Source: a virus (taxonomy: Duplodnaviria; Caudoviricetes). From it: 64,000 nt of DNA. Both the position numbers and the translations under genes were made by a program. The stretch is taken from IMG/VR virus record IMGVR_UViG_3300020049_016424, positions 32,001 to 96,000 of that record; one strand, written 5' to 3'. Below the pieces are notes generated by a model. It saw only the letters and a program-made list of their open reading frames with translations, searched no databases and was not told the DNA's origin. Positions 20,401 through 31,200 of the stretch are shown one piece after another (position 1 is the first letter of the stretch; every line of letters starts with the position of its first letter).

Positions 20401-22102
20401 CAACGTCACGTACGAGTTTCGTATCGTGGAGCAGGTGGCGCCCACACGCCTGAAACTCGAGTCCTACGCTTCGTTCTCCGGCGATCCGCCTCCTGTTGCG
20501 GGCTGGCAGATTCTCACCGGCACCATCCCGATGCGGCACAATGCCGCGTACGCCGTGCTCGACCTGTACCTCAAGACCCACGTCTTCAGCGTCCGCTTCG
20601 ACACGTACCTGTTCAACACCCTCGCGACGGACGTCATCACGGACCTGCAGGAGCTCGTCTTCGTCGCCAAGCCTTCGTACACGTACCTGCTGCTCACACC
20701 CGCGTCGCTCTTCGACGAGGTCTTCCGCATCACGGACACGCTCGAGCACGCCGCGCGTTATCAGCTCGGGGGCACGGGCGGCGACACCATGGCCGCGAAC
20801 TTGAACCCACTGCGCGCCGGCGATGGCTGGCTCGCTGGTTCCTGGTTCCGCTACGTCGACTTCGCGGGGTCGTTTGCAACACCTGCAGCGACGCTGCCTG
20901 AGCCCCTCGACACGCCGCGCGTAGGTTACCAACGCCTCACACATCAGTTCTACGTCGACCCCCCGACGATGACCGAAAACGGCAGTCCGGTTCCTTTCGA
21001 TGACCGCAAGCTGCAGGTACTCGTCGTGGGCAGTGGCACCGTGACCGTGAACCCGAGCTACGTCGAGCTCACCGCGGCCGCACCGATTTTCGAGCCGGAC
21101 ATGACGCTGTTCACATTCGAGATCGCAGGCAGCGCGAGCAACGACGGGTTCTTCCTCATCGGTACCGTCATCAACAGCACCACGATCCAGTACCAGAACT
21201 CCACCGCAGCCTTCGAAGCGGGGGTGAACTTCGCAGTCATGGGTGCTGGTGGAAGTCTCGGAGTCGCGTCGCGTGACGCAGAGGGCGTGACGACCTTCAC
21301 GCGGTACCTCTCCGGCACGACGTTCACGGCTCCCGACGTCGGCACCTACATCCGTCGTCCGTTCGTCACCGCGAACTTCGAGCAATCCTACGAAGTGCTC
21401 GAAGTACTGTCGTCCGACAGCGTGCGCATCGGAACCAAGACGACGCCGTACACAGGCCTCGCAGTGAGCATCGCGAGCAACCAGCTCTCATTCGTGCCAG
21501 GAGAGTTCATCGTCTCAGGAGAGCAGTGCTACGTGCAGCGTGCCGCCATGGATCTCGCAACGTCGCGAGCCATCGTCTTCTACGCGTTGATCACGGCAGG
21601 TCCTGACGCTGGCGCGGTGCGGCGCTTCCACAGCTATGTGAGCTCGAACACCGTGCTGCTCGAGGGTTCTCCGTTGACGGACGACGCTGCGAGTACGGTC
21701 ACCGTGTACTTTGAGGAGCACGTGACGACCCCTGTCTTCGACCCTGGCGGAGAGTGGGAGCACCTCTTCTCGCGGGTGTACGTCGACAACTACTACGCCC
21801 CGGGGCCCGTGACGCTCGACGGCACCGAGGACGCCGGCACTGCGGACTTCCAGTCGTTCGGCGTCGAGATGCCGATCGACCCGGTGACCGCTACCTTCTC
21901 GGAGGCTTCGGGCGATAACTACCTCATCGCCGGAGGCATCGCTCCCGTGACCCGGCGTTTCCATCGGCGCACGTCTCGCGACATGGACCTCTTCGAGGCT
22001 CCGATCTCGGTGAGCCGCACTCCCACCGAGATGTTCGGTCTCATGGCTCCGGGCGGCGACGGCATCAACACTCCAGGGGGCGACGGCATCGTCGTGACCT
22101 GA
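17444..22102 (+). CDS. Large baseplate/tail structural protein
   Basis: 1552 aa; LSDFWTLYF start, repeated NDGxY/F beta motifs, AKPSYT motif as in baseplate wedge proteins. Confidence 0.65.
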   Translation: MANYSPNAKSLLYTLSDFWTLYFRETSVLEGLYRGTEIEVGQAYLDLMALLLNNSIQDTTLFDTDYFKLIRLREDIAAFSSDAKYHLALDTDVAGLQYLHDRIFEPTAALERNLDFIFDPAARDISLSFDPLAAYFGHGFGDDNSAFFVELVAPGAPVKPVELVLVDAAVSSPALLRTESATVVTFTLTYAGPSNGALHTTAQLVSLLNSDPQAREFLTARLAGLATGAASPVAGTHTLSRQATAPLRGFATRTFDVAYGTAFYDGHAGDWLETLVEKGDVLRIFRGPQYGESQEFPVSLLRSDALYLYPQVAPANLPGGLEYVILRSPADDLSQNEPVPTIGTDVFVPAGAADAGTMTFVSVGANFNTLHRGQVLTLASPVNIGDWIILDVLDANTVVLGGAALVTEAGIPAELRLVHSSTFLDGGITPNGDGTAEFASPSMSVPDDLTGTVLLLDLAGVQLRLEVLERLTFSSVLVRAPSVVAPATGLRWAFGIHKAAPFYPVFSSPNAALPVPGTMTIAARRFLDGGAVLEGRDFAVDYDLGLVTPRTLWNPGSSATLSYQYREIVYRPQDGDLRNDVDGAVLSATELASVGLAFTQADVGARLTIFNSGTDNDGEYVIAEVYGATAVRLAGRTLTVPDPNDGFLDVSVYQRGRAVTQDVVETVTEIGAWAPNAQIDKFHLYFTYGYLINRVQVSSEGYRALIRGVFQLFMLGPTLERFEAAINAVAGLETIRDDGELFLYYDPQSGVGGSGGVFDGNANTFTDAGASFAPVDIYNRLYVTSGFNANRLFTIVEVLSTTTIRVAEIPVTDTGVVWELTASGEHSITTSRATYSFSRTVPLKEKFLTPSNEGVLTLHAFEVITNVFTVTDYVETPKWWEFARIPPELWPGADPQRRQSTPALFENVAGASDNPLAGDPGLYAGANDLGVPLEHPILTFGGGGTYYPDPAYPVSTSEVFFDHALFASLTFNPVGNTLRVGFLPPYNVTYEFRIVEQVAPTRLKLESYASFSGDPPPVAGWQILTGTIPMRHNAAYAVLDLYLKTHVFSVRFDTYLFNTLATDVITDLQELVFVAKPSYTYLLLTPASLFDEVFRITDTLEHAARYQLGGTGGDTMAANLNPLRAGDGWLAGSWFRYVDFAGSFATPAATLPEPLDTPRVGYQRLTHQFYVDPPTMTENGSPVPFDDRKLQVLVVGSGTVTVNPSYVELTAAAPIFEPDMTLFTFEIAGSASNDGFFLIGTVINSTTIQYQNSTAAFEAGVNFAVMGAGGSLGVASRDAEGVTTFTRYLSGTTFTAPDVGTYIRRPFVTANFEQSYEVLEVLSSDSVRIGTKTTPYTGLAVSIASNQLSFVPGEFIVSGEQCYVQRAAMDLATSRAIVFYALITAGPDAGAVRRFHSYVSSNTVLLEGSPLTDDAASTVTVYFEEHVTTPVFDPGGEWEHLFSRVYVDNYYAPGPVTLDGTEDAGTADFQSFGVEMPIDPVTATFSEASGDNYLIAGGIAPVTRRFHRRTSRDMDLFEAPISVSRTPTEMFGLMAPGGDGINTPGGDGIVVT

Positions 22103-22158
22103 CCTTTCGGCTACCGAGGAAACCCCCTCGGGGAGATGTACGGGGGCTGCGCCTCGCG

Positions 22159-22164
22159 TATACT
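22159..22164 (+). promoter_or_regulatory. -10-like box of a leaderless promoter (representative)
   Basis: TATACT 6 nt before ATG; same geometry at 10 other + strand genes. Confidence 0.6.
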
Positions 22165-22170
22165 TAGCCC

Positions 22171-25017
22171 ATGCCCGACAAGATCTTTCCCACAGATTTC
22201 GCCTCGTACGTGCCCACGTCGGGGACGCCGGTAGTCTCGGCGGATCGCATCCTGCTCTACCGCAACAGCCTCACGGACATCGTCGCGATGGACCCCGTGG
22301 CCTGGTACAGCACGCTCAGCAAACCCGCGCCGGCGCGCATCATCGTCGGCAACGCTGCGAACGGCGACACGATCGCGCACTGCAACTACCTCGACACGGG
22401 CAACGGCGCGGGGGTGAAGGCTGCGGTGGACGCGGCGGTGCTCAGCGGCGTGCCCACCACAGTCTGGGTGCGCGAGGGCACGTACAGCTTCCTCGCAGCC
22501 AACATGTTCACGTGCTCGTCGCTCGTGAGCCTCCGCGGCGTGCACCGAGATCGCGTGCTCTTCAACTGCCCCACTGCGGGAGGCGCGCGGCAGACACTGG
22601 GCACCATGGCCCCGGGTACGTCGATTTCTGATCTCACGATCTCGCTGACGGCCAACCCAGCAGCGATCGCGGGCGGCCCCGATTTCATCGGGTCCTTCGC
22701 CCTCTACGTGCAGAACTCCACGACCCTGCAGCGTGTGAAGTTCATGGCCAACGGCGCCGCGGGCGCAGGCCCCGTCTTCGCCATGGTCGGACGGGAAGAG
22801 GCGGGGGCTCCGCAAGACATCACGATCGAAGACGTATCGTTCGAGTTCGTCGATGCGGGCAACGCCATCAACGGCATCGTCATCGGATCCACGGACGCAG
22901 GGCTCACGACCGCGCCCTACGCTCTGCGTGCGGCGCGAATCTCAGGCGTCGCTACCGGCACGCTGGGGCTCTCGGGCCTGGTCATCTCAGAAGGCCCGGT
23001 CCTCCTTCGTGACACCCAGCAGCGCGGCTTCGGGTACACGTACAGCTTCACGTCCACGTACACGGGCGCGGTCACCACGATTCCCCCGACCGTGGTCACG
23101 AACGTCAACGACGACGTCTCCGGACAGGCCTACCAGGGCTACAACGGCCTGACGATCACCGGCGCAGGAAACCCGGTCCTCGGCGCTGCGCGCATCAGCG
23201 GCGGAAGCTACAAGGCCAACAGCCCCGCCGGCGGCGGCTCGATCGACAGCCGCATGCTGCGCGTCGTCTTCGACACGGTATCCGTGCAGGGGTTCGCCGT
23301 CGAAGGTCTGTCGTTCTCGGGCTCCGGCGCTGCCACCGGCGGCGTCGAAATCCGGTGCGTGAACGCGGCTACCTTCGACAACACCTTGGTCTCCAACATC
23401 ACGACGAAGGGTCTCGTACGTCTCGCGACGGCGAACCCGAGCATCGGTCCTTGGACCAACACGGTGATCTCGGGCGTGACATGCGGCGACATGACGCCGC
23501 CCGAGTACTCGCAGAACCTGGCCATCACAGGCTGCTCCATCAGCGGCACGCTCTCCATCAGCAACGCGGCCACGAACACCTGGATCGGCGCGAGCGTGCG
23601 GTACGGCACCTACGTCGACAACGGCCAACACACACACATCGGCACGCACCACCACCAGGCCATCACGAGCCCTCTCGTTACGCACGATGCGAGCCTGGGC
23701 TATCAAATCGGAGATACCTGGACGAACACGGTCACGTCCACCTGGTTCGTCTGCTCGAGCAACTCCGTGGGTGCCGCCGTGTGGGCCGTCATCCTCACCA
23801 CGCCCACGACGACGCCAGGCGCGTTCAAGTCCTTCGGGACAAACAACGCGGGCGTCATCGGATTCTACGACCCCTCGTTGTTCGAGAGCACCGTCGCCAC
23901 CGTCTCCGGCGCGTCGGCAACCCTCGGGTCCGAGTACCTGACGCGAGTCACGTACGCGGCGGCGCTCTGCGCGCTCTCCGGCCCGGCGTCGACGACGACG
24001 TGGCCTGTCGGCGTGACGAAGCGCGTCACGAAGGAGAACACCGGCGCGTTCGGGATCACGTTCGCGCCCGACTCCGGCGGCACCGTGAACGGCGGCGCGG
24101 TGAACGCGGCGATGACGCTTCCAGGAAGCGACGCTCCGTCGTCGACGACGACCGCAGACCGGTCCTGGCTCATCACGCGCACGGCGACATCGACGTGGCG
24201 GGTCGCGACGTTCGGGCTTGCGGATGCGACGACGTCGCGGTCGGGGCTGATGAGCGCGGCGGACAAGACGCTGATCGACGCGATCACGTCGACGAGCGTC
24301 ACGAGCCCGCGCTTCCTCGGCTCCGCGAACAACACGGCAGCGGCGCCCACGTTCCTCGTCGAGCCGGCGGGGAATAGCGGCTTGTACTGGGATGCGACGA
24401 AGGGCGTCGTCACGAGTGTGGATGCGGTCGACCGCATCCTGGCCCGTGTAAACGGCACAGTGGAGCTGTCTACGGGCGCTGGCATCTCTGCTGGCGTCCC
24501 CGCCCTGCGGCTCGTTCGCGACACGGCGGACATTCAGGTCTTCATCACCGGAGGCTCACCGGAGGCGGCGATCACCGGACAGATCGGAGATCTCGACGTC
24601 GCTGTTACAGGAGGGTTCCTCTACATCAAGCGCTCCGGCGTCGGCAACACTGGCTGGGTCCTGATCGATCGCTGCGAGTCGGGGACGTACACCGCGACAT
24701 GCACCGGCATCACGAACATCGACTCAGTTTCGTTCGTCGCTGGCCGCTACATTCGCGTGGGCGATGTCGTGCATGGAGCCGTCCGAATCAACGTCGACCC
24801 GACCACGGCGAGCGTGTTGTCGCAGGTCGACATCTCGATCCCAGTCGCCTCGGCGTTCTCGACGAACGACCAGGCATCCGGCAACTCTGGCTCGACGAAC
24901 GCGAGCCTCACCGACGTGCGATCTGACGCAACGAACGACCGGCTATCGCTCACGTTCGTTCCGACGGTCAACTCTACATTCGGGATGAATGTCCTCTTCA
25001 CTTACGTGGTGCTCTGA
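22171..25017 (+). CDS. Tail fibre/spike with beta-helix domain
   Basis: WVREGTY beta-helix start, Thr/Gly-rich, C-terminal GTYTAT...RYIRVGDVV fibre-tip-like motif. Confidence 0.7.
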   Translation: MPDKIFPTDFASYVPTSGTPVVSADRILLYRNSLTDIVAMDPVAWYSTLSKPAPARIIVGNAANGDTIAHCNYLDTGNGAGVKAAVDAAVLSGVPTTVWVREGTYSFLAANMFTCSSLVSLRGVHRDRVLFNCPTAGGARQTLGTMAPGTSISDLTISLTANPAAIAGGPDFIGSFALYVQNSTTLQRVKFMANGAAGAGPVFAMVGREEAGAPQDITIEDVSFEFVDAGNAINGIVIGSTDAGLTTAPYALRAARISGVATGTLGLSGLVISEGPVLLRDTQQRGFGYTYSFTSTYTGAVTTIPPTVVTNVNDDVSGQAYQGYNGLTITGAGNPVLGAARISGGSYKANSPAGGGSIDSRMLRVVFDTVSVQGFAVEGLSFSGSGAATGGVEIRCVNAATFDNTLVSNITTKGLVRLATANPSIGPWTNTVISGVTCGDMTPPEYSQNLAITGCSISGTLSISNAATNTWIGASVRYGTYVDNGQHTHIGTHHHQAITSPLVTHDASLGYQIGDTWTNTVTSTWFVCSSNSVGAAVWAVILTTPTTTPGAFKSFGTNNAGVIGFYDPSLFESTVATVSGASATLGSEYLTRVTYAAALCALSGPASTTTWPVGVTKRVTKENTGAFGITFAPDSGGTVNGGAVNAAMTLPGSDAPSSTTTADRSWLITRTATSTWRVATFGLADATTSRSGLMSAADKTLIDAITSTSVTSPRFLGSANNTAAAPTFLVEPAGNSGLYWDATKGVVTSVDAVDRILARVNGTVELSTGAGISAGVPALRLVRDTADIQVFITGGSPEAAITGQIGDLDVAVTGGFLYIKRSGVGNTGWVLIDRCESGTYTATCTGITNIDSVSFVAGRYIRVGDVVHGAVRINVDPTTASVLSQVDISIPVASAFSTNDQASGNSGSTNASLTDVRSDATNDRLSLTFVPTVNSTFGMNVLFTYVVL

Positions 25018-25625
25018 TGCCGATCTCAATCCAGCAATCCGACTCGTTCGCGAAGTCCTGGTCTCCCGAGATCACGGCGTCGCCCACCGGCATTTCGCTC
25101 GCCGCTCTACCGGTCCGCTTCGGCGCCGACGAGTACACGGTCCCGGCCGTCACCGTCCCGTGCGTCTACGACGGCGAGCCGACGACGTATCGACTCGCGC
25201 TCTGCAAGCACGCGAGCGGTCCTGCCCTCGTACTCGTCGAGGACGACGCGGTCCCGAGCGGCTACGAGCAGATCGTCTACCTCGCCCGCTGGCGACTCGC
25301 ATCGGCGAGCGACACGTGCGCAACGGTGACGATCGAGGTGCCGCACCGCACGCTCGTTCCGCGAATGGACGACGACGGACAGCCTATTCCGCTCCCGCCT
25401 CCGACCGTGCACGCGGTCTCGGCGACGGTCGCGTTGCCGGCGCAGACGGCGGGACGGACGAGGGAGCGGAAGCTCCGCCAGCGCATCCGCACGCTCCGAC
25501 AGCAAGCGCGCGACATGAAGCAGGCCGGGAAGACCTACGCCGCGATGTCCCCCGAGGAACGTCTCGTCATCGGCGAACTCGTCGCGCTCGATCCCACCGG
25601 GGAAGTCCCGATGGAGATTCCGTGA
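25017..25625 (+). CDS. Hypothetical protein (possibly fibre-associated)
   Basis: TGATG coupling to the fibre gene. Confidence 0.6.
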   Translation: MPISIQQSDSFAKSWSPEITASPTGISLAALPVRFGADEYTVPAVTVPCVYDGEPTTYRLALCKHASGPALVLVEDDAVPSGYEQIVYLARWRLASASDTCATVTIEVPHRTLVPRMDDDGQPIPLPPPTVHAVSATVALPAQTAGRTRERKLRQRIRTLRQQARDMKQAGKTYAAMSPEERLVIGELVALDPTGEVPMEIP

Positions 25626-25735
25626 CCTACGCCGACGGCATCACACACGGCATGGCGCTCGGAGTCGTCGCGGTCCTCGTCACCGCGGCGATCGCGGCGT
25701 TGCTCGCGCGGGTGTTTTTCGGAGGTGAGCGGTGA
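25622..25735 (+). CDS. Small single-pass membrane protein
   Basis: GTGA-coupled at both ends; hydrophobic ALGVVAVLVTAAIAALLA. Confidence 0.45.
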   Translation: MTYADGITHGMALGVVAVLVTAAIAALLARVFFGGER

Positions 25736-26058
25736 TCGAGACCATCGGCACCATCCTCGGCGGCGGCGTGCAAGCGATTTCGGGTAGCACCACAGTCGGC
25801 GCGAACGTGACGTTCTGCCGCGTCACCGCGAACGCGAACATCACCTTGCCCGCACCCACCGAAGGTCGCCGCGTGCTCTTCAAGAAGGCCACTGTGTTGC
25901 TCTTGCCGAGCGTCGTACTGGTGCGTGCTGGAGGCGAGAACATCGAGAACGCCGCGAGCAACTATGCGGTGACCGTGTTCAACACCGCAAACCTCTGCGC
26001 GCTCCAGATGCGCGCTGACGGCACGAACTGGTGGATCGAGAGCCTCTCCCTCGCGTGA
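25732..26058 (+). CDS. Small virion/fibre-associated protein
   Basis: ITLPAPTEGRRV...DGTNWW motif common in fibre modules; GGAGG RBS. Confidence 0.6.
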   Translation: MIETIGTILGGGVQAISGSTTVGANVTFCRVTANANITLPAPTEGRRVLFKKATVLLLPSVVLVRAGGENIENAASNYAVTVFNTANLCALQMRADGTNWWIESLSLA

Positions 26059-26202
26059 GGTGCTACACCTCAGGATGCCCTACGACATCGACTACTGCTT
26101 CGTGTGCCCCATGCTCGTGCTCTCGGCGTCTCTCGTGACGCTAGCCTTCTCAAAGTCGCGGCCTCGAAGCTAAGAAAATCGGTTGCCCGAGATTCTTTCC
26201 GC

Positions 26203-26679
26203 TCACGCGGGGGTCACTGCGAAGTCCTGGAGCATGGGCTCGAGGACGTGCTTGATGTATTCCTGCGCGTTCGCCTGCATCCCGGCCTCGTCGGCGCCCG
26301 AGAAGACCGCGGCCATCAGCCCGCAGCCTGCACTCATTCCGAGCAGGCCCGTGTGGACGCGCGCATAGTCGCTCTTGCGAAACGTCTGTGCGAGGAGCTC
26401 GAACGCGGGCGCCATCTCGGCATAGGCTTCGCCGACCGCGTGCATTTCGTCCTCGATGTCGAGGAAGAAGAGCGCGCGGAGCTCGGGAGTCGCGGTGCCG
26501 AGACGGAGCGCCCAGCGCTCGGTCCACCCGCGCTTGGCGAGCGCGGCTTTGGCAGCACGCTGGTATGCGGCCCACGCGGCGTAGAGCACCGGGGTCTGCA
26601 GCGCGAGCAACGCGATCGCGTGCGCGCGGAGTTCACGATTCACAGACGCGAGAGTGGTGGCAGTCGGAGTGTTGTACAT
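26203..26679 (-). CDS. Hypothetical protein
   Basis: Isolated - strand ORF preceded by GGTAAAAG motif. Confidence 0.6.
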   Translation of the reverse strand: MYNTPTATTLASVNRELRAHAIALLALQTPVLYAAWAAYQRAAKAALAKRGWTERWALRLGTATPELRALFFLDIEDEMHAVGEAYAEMAPAFELLAQTFRKSDYARVHTGLLGMSAGCGLMAAVFSGADEAGMQANAQEYIKHVLEPMLQDFAVTPA

Positions 26680-26762
26680 GGTGAAGTCTTTCTGTTGGGG
26701 ATACATTCTTTTACCCTCACGGGAGGGGTTTTTCGGAAGACACCCCGTGCTACGCTCTGCCC

Positions 26763-27308
26763 ATGCCGCAGCTGCCGCAACCCCTCATCGACACCGCATT
26801 CCACATGCGCGGAGACCTTCGGATTCTTCGCCGAGACGCGCAGACGCTCGAGCTCCTCGACCTCTGGGAGAAGAAGAACGTCATCACCTTCGGTGCGGGC
26901 TTCAACGTCATGAAGCTCCTCGCTCCGAACCTCGCGTTCGGCGCGAGTGTCCAGGCGGAGAGCCAGATCTTGTCGATGCGGTTCGGCACCAGCAACGTCG
27001 TGCCGCAACGTTCCGACACCGATCTCGCCTCCGAAGCGACGGTCCTCGGCGTACCCATCCGCATCGCACTACCCGACGCGAACCGCATCGTGAATCCCTC
27101 GGGCACCGTCGAGTTCGTCGCGGTGCTCGACAGCGCCACAGGCAACGGCGTTACCTACCGTGAGGCGGGGCTGTTCACCCGCGGCACCTCGGCCGACCCG
27201 CTCGTGACGACAGGCAGTACGATGTTCTCGCGGCAGGTGTACCCCGACCAGCCCAAGACGTCGGCCGTCGAGCTCGAGTTCCGTTGGCGCCTGACCATGA
27301 CGACCTGA
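26763..27308 (+). CDS. Tail-collar/baseplate fibre-attachment-like protein
   Basis: KKNVITFGAG, MRFGTS, GNGVTYREAGLF, MFSR...KTSAVELEFRWRL. Confidence 0.65.
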   Translation: MPQLPQPLIDTAFHMRGDLRILRRDAQTLELLDLWEKKNVITFGAGFNVMKLLAPNLAFGASVQAESQILSMRFGTSNVVPQRSDTDLASEATVLGVPIRIALPDANRIVNPSGTVEFVAVLDSATGNGVTYREAGLFTRGTSADPLVTTGSTMFSRQVYPDQPKTSAVELEFRWRLTMTT

Positions 27309-27325
27309 TTTCTGCGAGAGAGACC

Positions 27326-27523
27326 ATGCACCACAAACGGGGCCGGGCGAAGAATCAGCGGGCCGGATGCTTGTTCTGCAAGCCGCACAAGGCCAACGGC
27401 TGCTCGCGCTGCACCCGGCAAGAGCTCCGCGCAGAGGACCCGGGCGCCGCGCTCGAGCAGCACTACACCGACCTCGACGACGATCTTTTCGAGCGATACG
27501 AACGCGACACGCCTCTGAGCTAA
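27326..27523 (+). CDS. Small Cys/His-containing protein
   Basis: GCLFCKPHKANGC; GAGAG upstream. Confidence 0.5.
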   Translation: MHHKRGRAKNQRAGCLFCKPHKANGCSRCTRQELRAEDPGAALEQHYTDLDDDLFERYERDTPLS

Positions 27524-27524
27524 A

Positions 27525-27545
27525 AACGCGGGGTCTCCGCGTCCT
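27525..27545 (-). terminator. Intrinsic terminator
   Basis: ACGCGG-loop-CCGCGT hairpin followed by TTTTAG on the - strand, between convergent genes. Confidence 0.45.
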
Positions 27546-27548
27546 CGC

Positions 27549-28079
27549 TCACCGTCGCGGTGACGGCTTCTTCTTGAGCGCCTTTCTGGCGGCGGCCTTC
27601 TTCTTCGCGGCCTTTGATTCGTGCGCCACGTGCGCTGCGATCTCGTGCTGGATGAGCTTCCCGATCTCTGCTTGGCGCAGAAGAAACGCGTCCTCCACCG
27701 CAGTGTGGATGTTCTTGGTGATGAGTTGATGCATGGCCGCGTGGATCGCGTGCTGGATTCCGCCGTGCCGGTCCTTCGACGCCACCGCGCGTTGCACTTC
27801 GGCCTGCGCCCGCGCTGAGATCTGCGCCTGGATATCCGGAACCAACAGCGCCGCAGCGATGGCAGTCGTGGCGAGTTCCTTCAGCTCGGGGATGTGGTAG
27901 TAGTCGACCTTGGCGCGCTCTGCGATGACGCCCACGAGTGCCCGGTCCAGGAGCTCGAGCTCCGTCGCCGGAAGCGTTCGCGCCGCGTAGCCCTTCAGCC
28001 TCTCGACGAGGAGCTTCTGGTTGAGGTCGATGACTTCCTGGGGCGCGTAGTGCAGTTGGGTGAACGGGTTCGGGTACAT
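27549..28079 (-). CDS. Hypothetical protein with basic C-terminal tail
   Basis: AGGAG RBS, GGTAAAAG upstream, KAAKKKAAARK tail. Confidence 0.65.
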   Translation of the reverse strand: MYPNPFTQLHYAPQEVIDLNQKLLVERLKGYAARTLPATELELLDRALVGVIAERAKVDYYHIPELKELATTAIAAALLVPDIQAQISARAQAEVQRAVASKDRHGGIQHAIHAAMHQLITKNIHTAVEDAFLLRQAEIGKLIQHEIAAHVAHESKAAKKKAAARKALKKKPSPRR

Positions 28080-28200
28080 GGGTATCTCCTGGCTGATAGG
28101 GGGTGCACCTTCTTTTACCCGCTACGCAGCCCGTTTTCGGGTCCGACCCTGCGCATGCAACCCTCTCCCCTCGCAGCCCTCGGTCTGCTAGTATCGCCCT

Positions 28201-31200
28201 ATGTCTCTGCCCCAGAAGACCTACGTCGATTACAAGCAAGCTGGTTTCGGAGATCTCGGCACGGACGACTCTGCGTCGGTCCAGCCCATCCTCGACGGGC
28301 AGCCTCTCAACGGAGCCAACCTCTCGCGCGGCGGAGAGAATCTTCGAGGGCGCACGGAGATCGCACGCGATCTGACCGAGGACCTGCTCTACTACCGCGA
28401 CCACCAGCAGTACGTGCTGGGCACCGCAGGCACCCTGGCCTGGGGCGGCACGGCCGCGCTAGGAGGCACGGGCGTCGTCAACAACACCGCCACGCTGACG
28501 ATCACGCCGCTCGCAACCCCGTTCGCCAACCGCAAGGGGTTCTTGCGCATCGGCACCGCGGCGAGCAACGCGCTCACGTATACGGTGCAGGCCACGGCCT
28601 ATGGCTCGGACGGCCTGAACGCGGTGTTCGTCGAGCATCGCAACACCGGAGCTGTATCGCCGTCGTGTGTGATCACGGCGGGGCCGGTTTACCGCATCGT
28701 CGTCCTCTTCGACGCCGGCAACAGCGCCCATGACGCGCCCACCATCGCGCCGCTCGTTCAGGCGCAGCTTGCGGGCGTACCTGCGTTGTCCGGCAAGGTC
28801 GTCTGCGCGAGCAATGGCTCCGCCAGCAACGTCATCGCGGCGCAGGCCGAAATCGCGATCAGCGCACGCACGCATCCGGCGGGCACTGCAGGCAACGGCA
28901 CCCTCGACGTCGAACAGCACACGCTCGCCGCGGGCGCGCTCGGCACGTTCACCGCGTCGAACACGCTCGTCGAGGGCGCGGTCGTGGCCATCCGCTACGA
29001 CTACGTCGTCGAACCGCTCGGCGGAGACCCCGACGACCCGAAGGCGGGCGCCGCGGGTGGCCGTGCAGAGAGCATCCTCGGCCGCGGCAACACCGACGTC
29101 TCGGCGAACCTCTTCCTGCTCGACGCGTTTCCGCAGTTCGCGCCCGGCGCGATCCCGCTGTGCAAGGTCGTCAACAACGTCTTGCGCTGGATCGACGGCA
29201 CGTCGATCGAAGTGGGCACGTCCGTCGCTCCTGGCAGCGCGCTCGGCACCACCATCTCTGCGGCCGGCTTCGCAGGTCCCCCGACGCTGGTCGTCGGTGG
29301 CGGCCTGCTCACGACCGACACGACGCCCAACGCAGCGCTTCTGACGACCAACACACGCCTGGGGCAGCTCCGGCGCGAGACCTGGACAGTCACGGACGGC
29401 ACGAACTCGACCGGCGGCCACTACACCAGCGTCACGGGCGTCACGAGTGCTTCCGCGTCGGCAGCTGCGAATGGCGGTGAGATCTACATCCGCGCGGGTG
29501 CGTACACTACGCTCGCGGCCGGCGGCCCGTATGGCTGCACGCTCATCGGCGAGAGCCAGAACCGTGTGGCTTTCACGCTGCCCGCCAGCGCGACCGTCGG
29601 AGGTTCGAACTGGGAGCTCCACAACGCGTCCGTGGATCGGGGCGCCGACTACCTGCTGGTGCTCGGGCTTAGGCGCATGTCGAACGTCACGGTCTCCGCG
29701 GGTACCTTGCGAGTCGCAGGGACGCTCACCGCGTCTGAGCTCACCGCATGCACGGTGTCGACGTCAGGCACCGCCAGCACGCAGACCTACGGCGTGAGCT
29801 TCTCTGTGCCTCGCGTCACCGCGCGCGACTGCGCGTTCAACGGCCCGGCTGCGGGCACCGTAGGCGGCAGCGTCGTGCAGCTCGAGGACAACGTGCAGCA
29901 CGCTCTCTTCGAGAACTGCTCGTTCGCGTCCGTGGGGTCCGCGACGCCGGTGTCTCTCGTCAACAGCGGCGTCGCGTTCACCTCTCCGCGGGTCATCAAG
30001 TTCGTCAACTGCATCTTCACGAACACCGCAGCCGCGTACACGTTCGACATCGGCGCGACGACCAGCACCGTGCCCGTCTCCATCCTCTTCGAGAACTGCA
30101 CGTTCACGAACTCGACGAATGGTCAGATCATCCGCACGGCGCAAGCCGCGCTGGTGCGTGTCGCGTTCACCGACTGCGTCTTCCGTCAGAACAACACCAG
30201 CACCGCAGACGTCACGCGCGTTCGTGCTACCCCGATCGCAGGCGGCGAGACGGTGTTCACGCGCTGCCGCACGTACGTCGCGCAGACGACCAGCACGGGT
30301 TCGCCTGCCAACGCGATCATCGAGCTCGGCGGCACCGGTGGCACGGGCGCTGCGGGGCGCGTGTCCGCATACGGCTTCGACGTGGTCTACGAGGGCACGG
30401 CGAGCGCGCTGATGGCGGGCGACAACGTGCGGCTGTACCAGTCGACGACCGCAACCGTGGAAAACTACTTCACGGACGTCGATGTGAACTGCGGCGGACT
30501 CACGATCACGGCGACAGGCGGACACATCGTACGTTCGACGAGCACGGGCTCGCTTGCGCCGCTCGCGATGGGACGTCTCCAGGTGCACAACACCCCGGCG
30601 GCGGGCACGGGCGGCGTCGTGCGCCTCGAGTACACGCACCTCGGGCGTCTCGACATCCAGGCCAGCAACACGGCGAGCCAGTACACCACTTCTGCCATCC
30701 AGGTGGATAACTCCCGCGTTCTCAGCGGCGCGGTTCCGTTCCTGCGCAGTAGCCAGGGCATCGGGGGCTTCTTGTCGATTACAGGAAGCCCGACTGCGCG
30801 CGGGTACGTATCGAATCTCCACGTCAACGGAACGCCGAGCACCGCAGCCGTGACGTACTCGGTGTTCTTGTCTCAGGCGACGATGGCCAACTGCGATCTC
30901 AGCACCTCGAACACCACATCGCCGAGCGTCATCGAGATCCAGGTGAACAGCGTGTTGTCCGCGAACACGCTGCGGTACCAGCACACGGGCGCTACCGTGA
31001 TTCAGCTGACCACCGGCAGCGCGATGGGCTGCCGCATCGTAGACAACCAGATCCTCTTCAACAACGCGACGGGCACGGCGGCCATCAGCGTCACCTCGGA
31101 GGCCACATTCACTGGCGGCGTCGTCGTCGGCAACACCGTTGCGAACGCGAACGCAACCGTGCCGTCTCTCGCAGCGCCACCGGCGACGTCGGTCGTCGCC

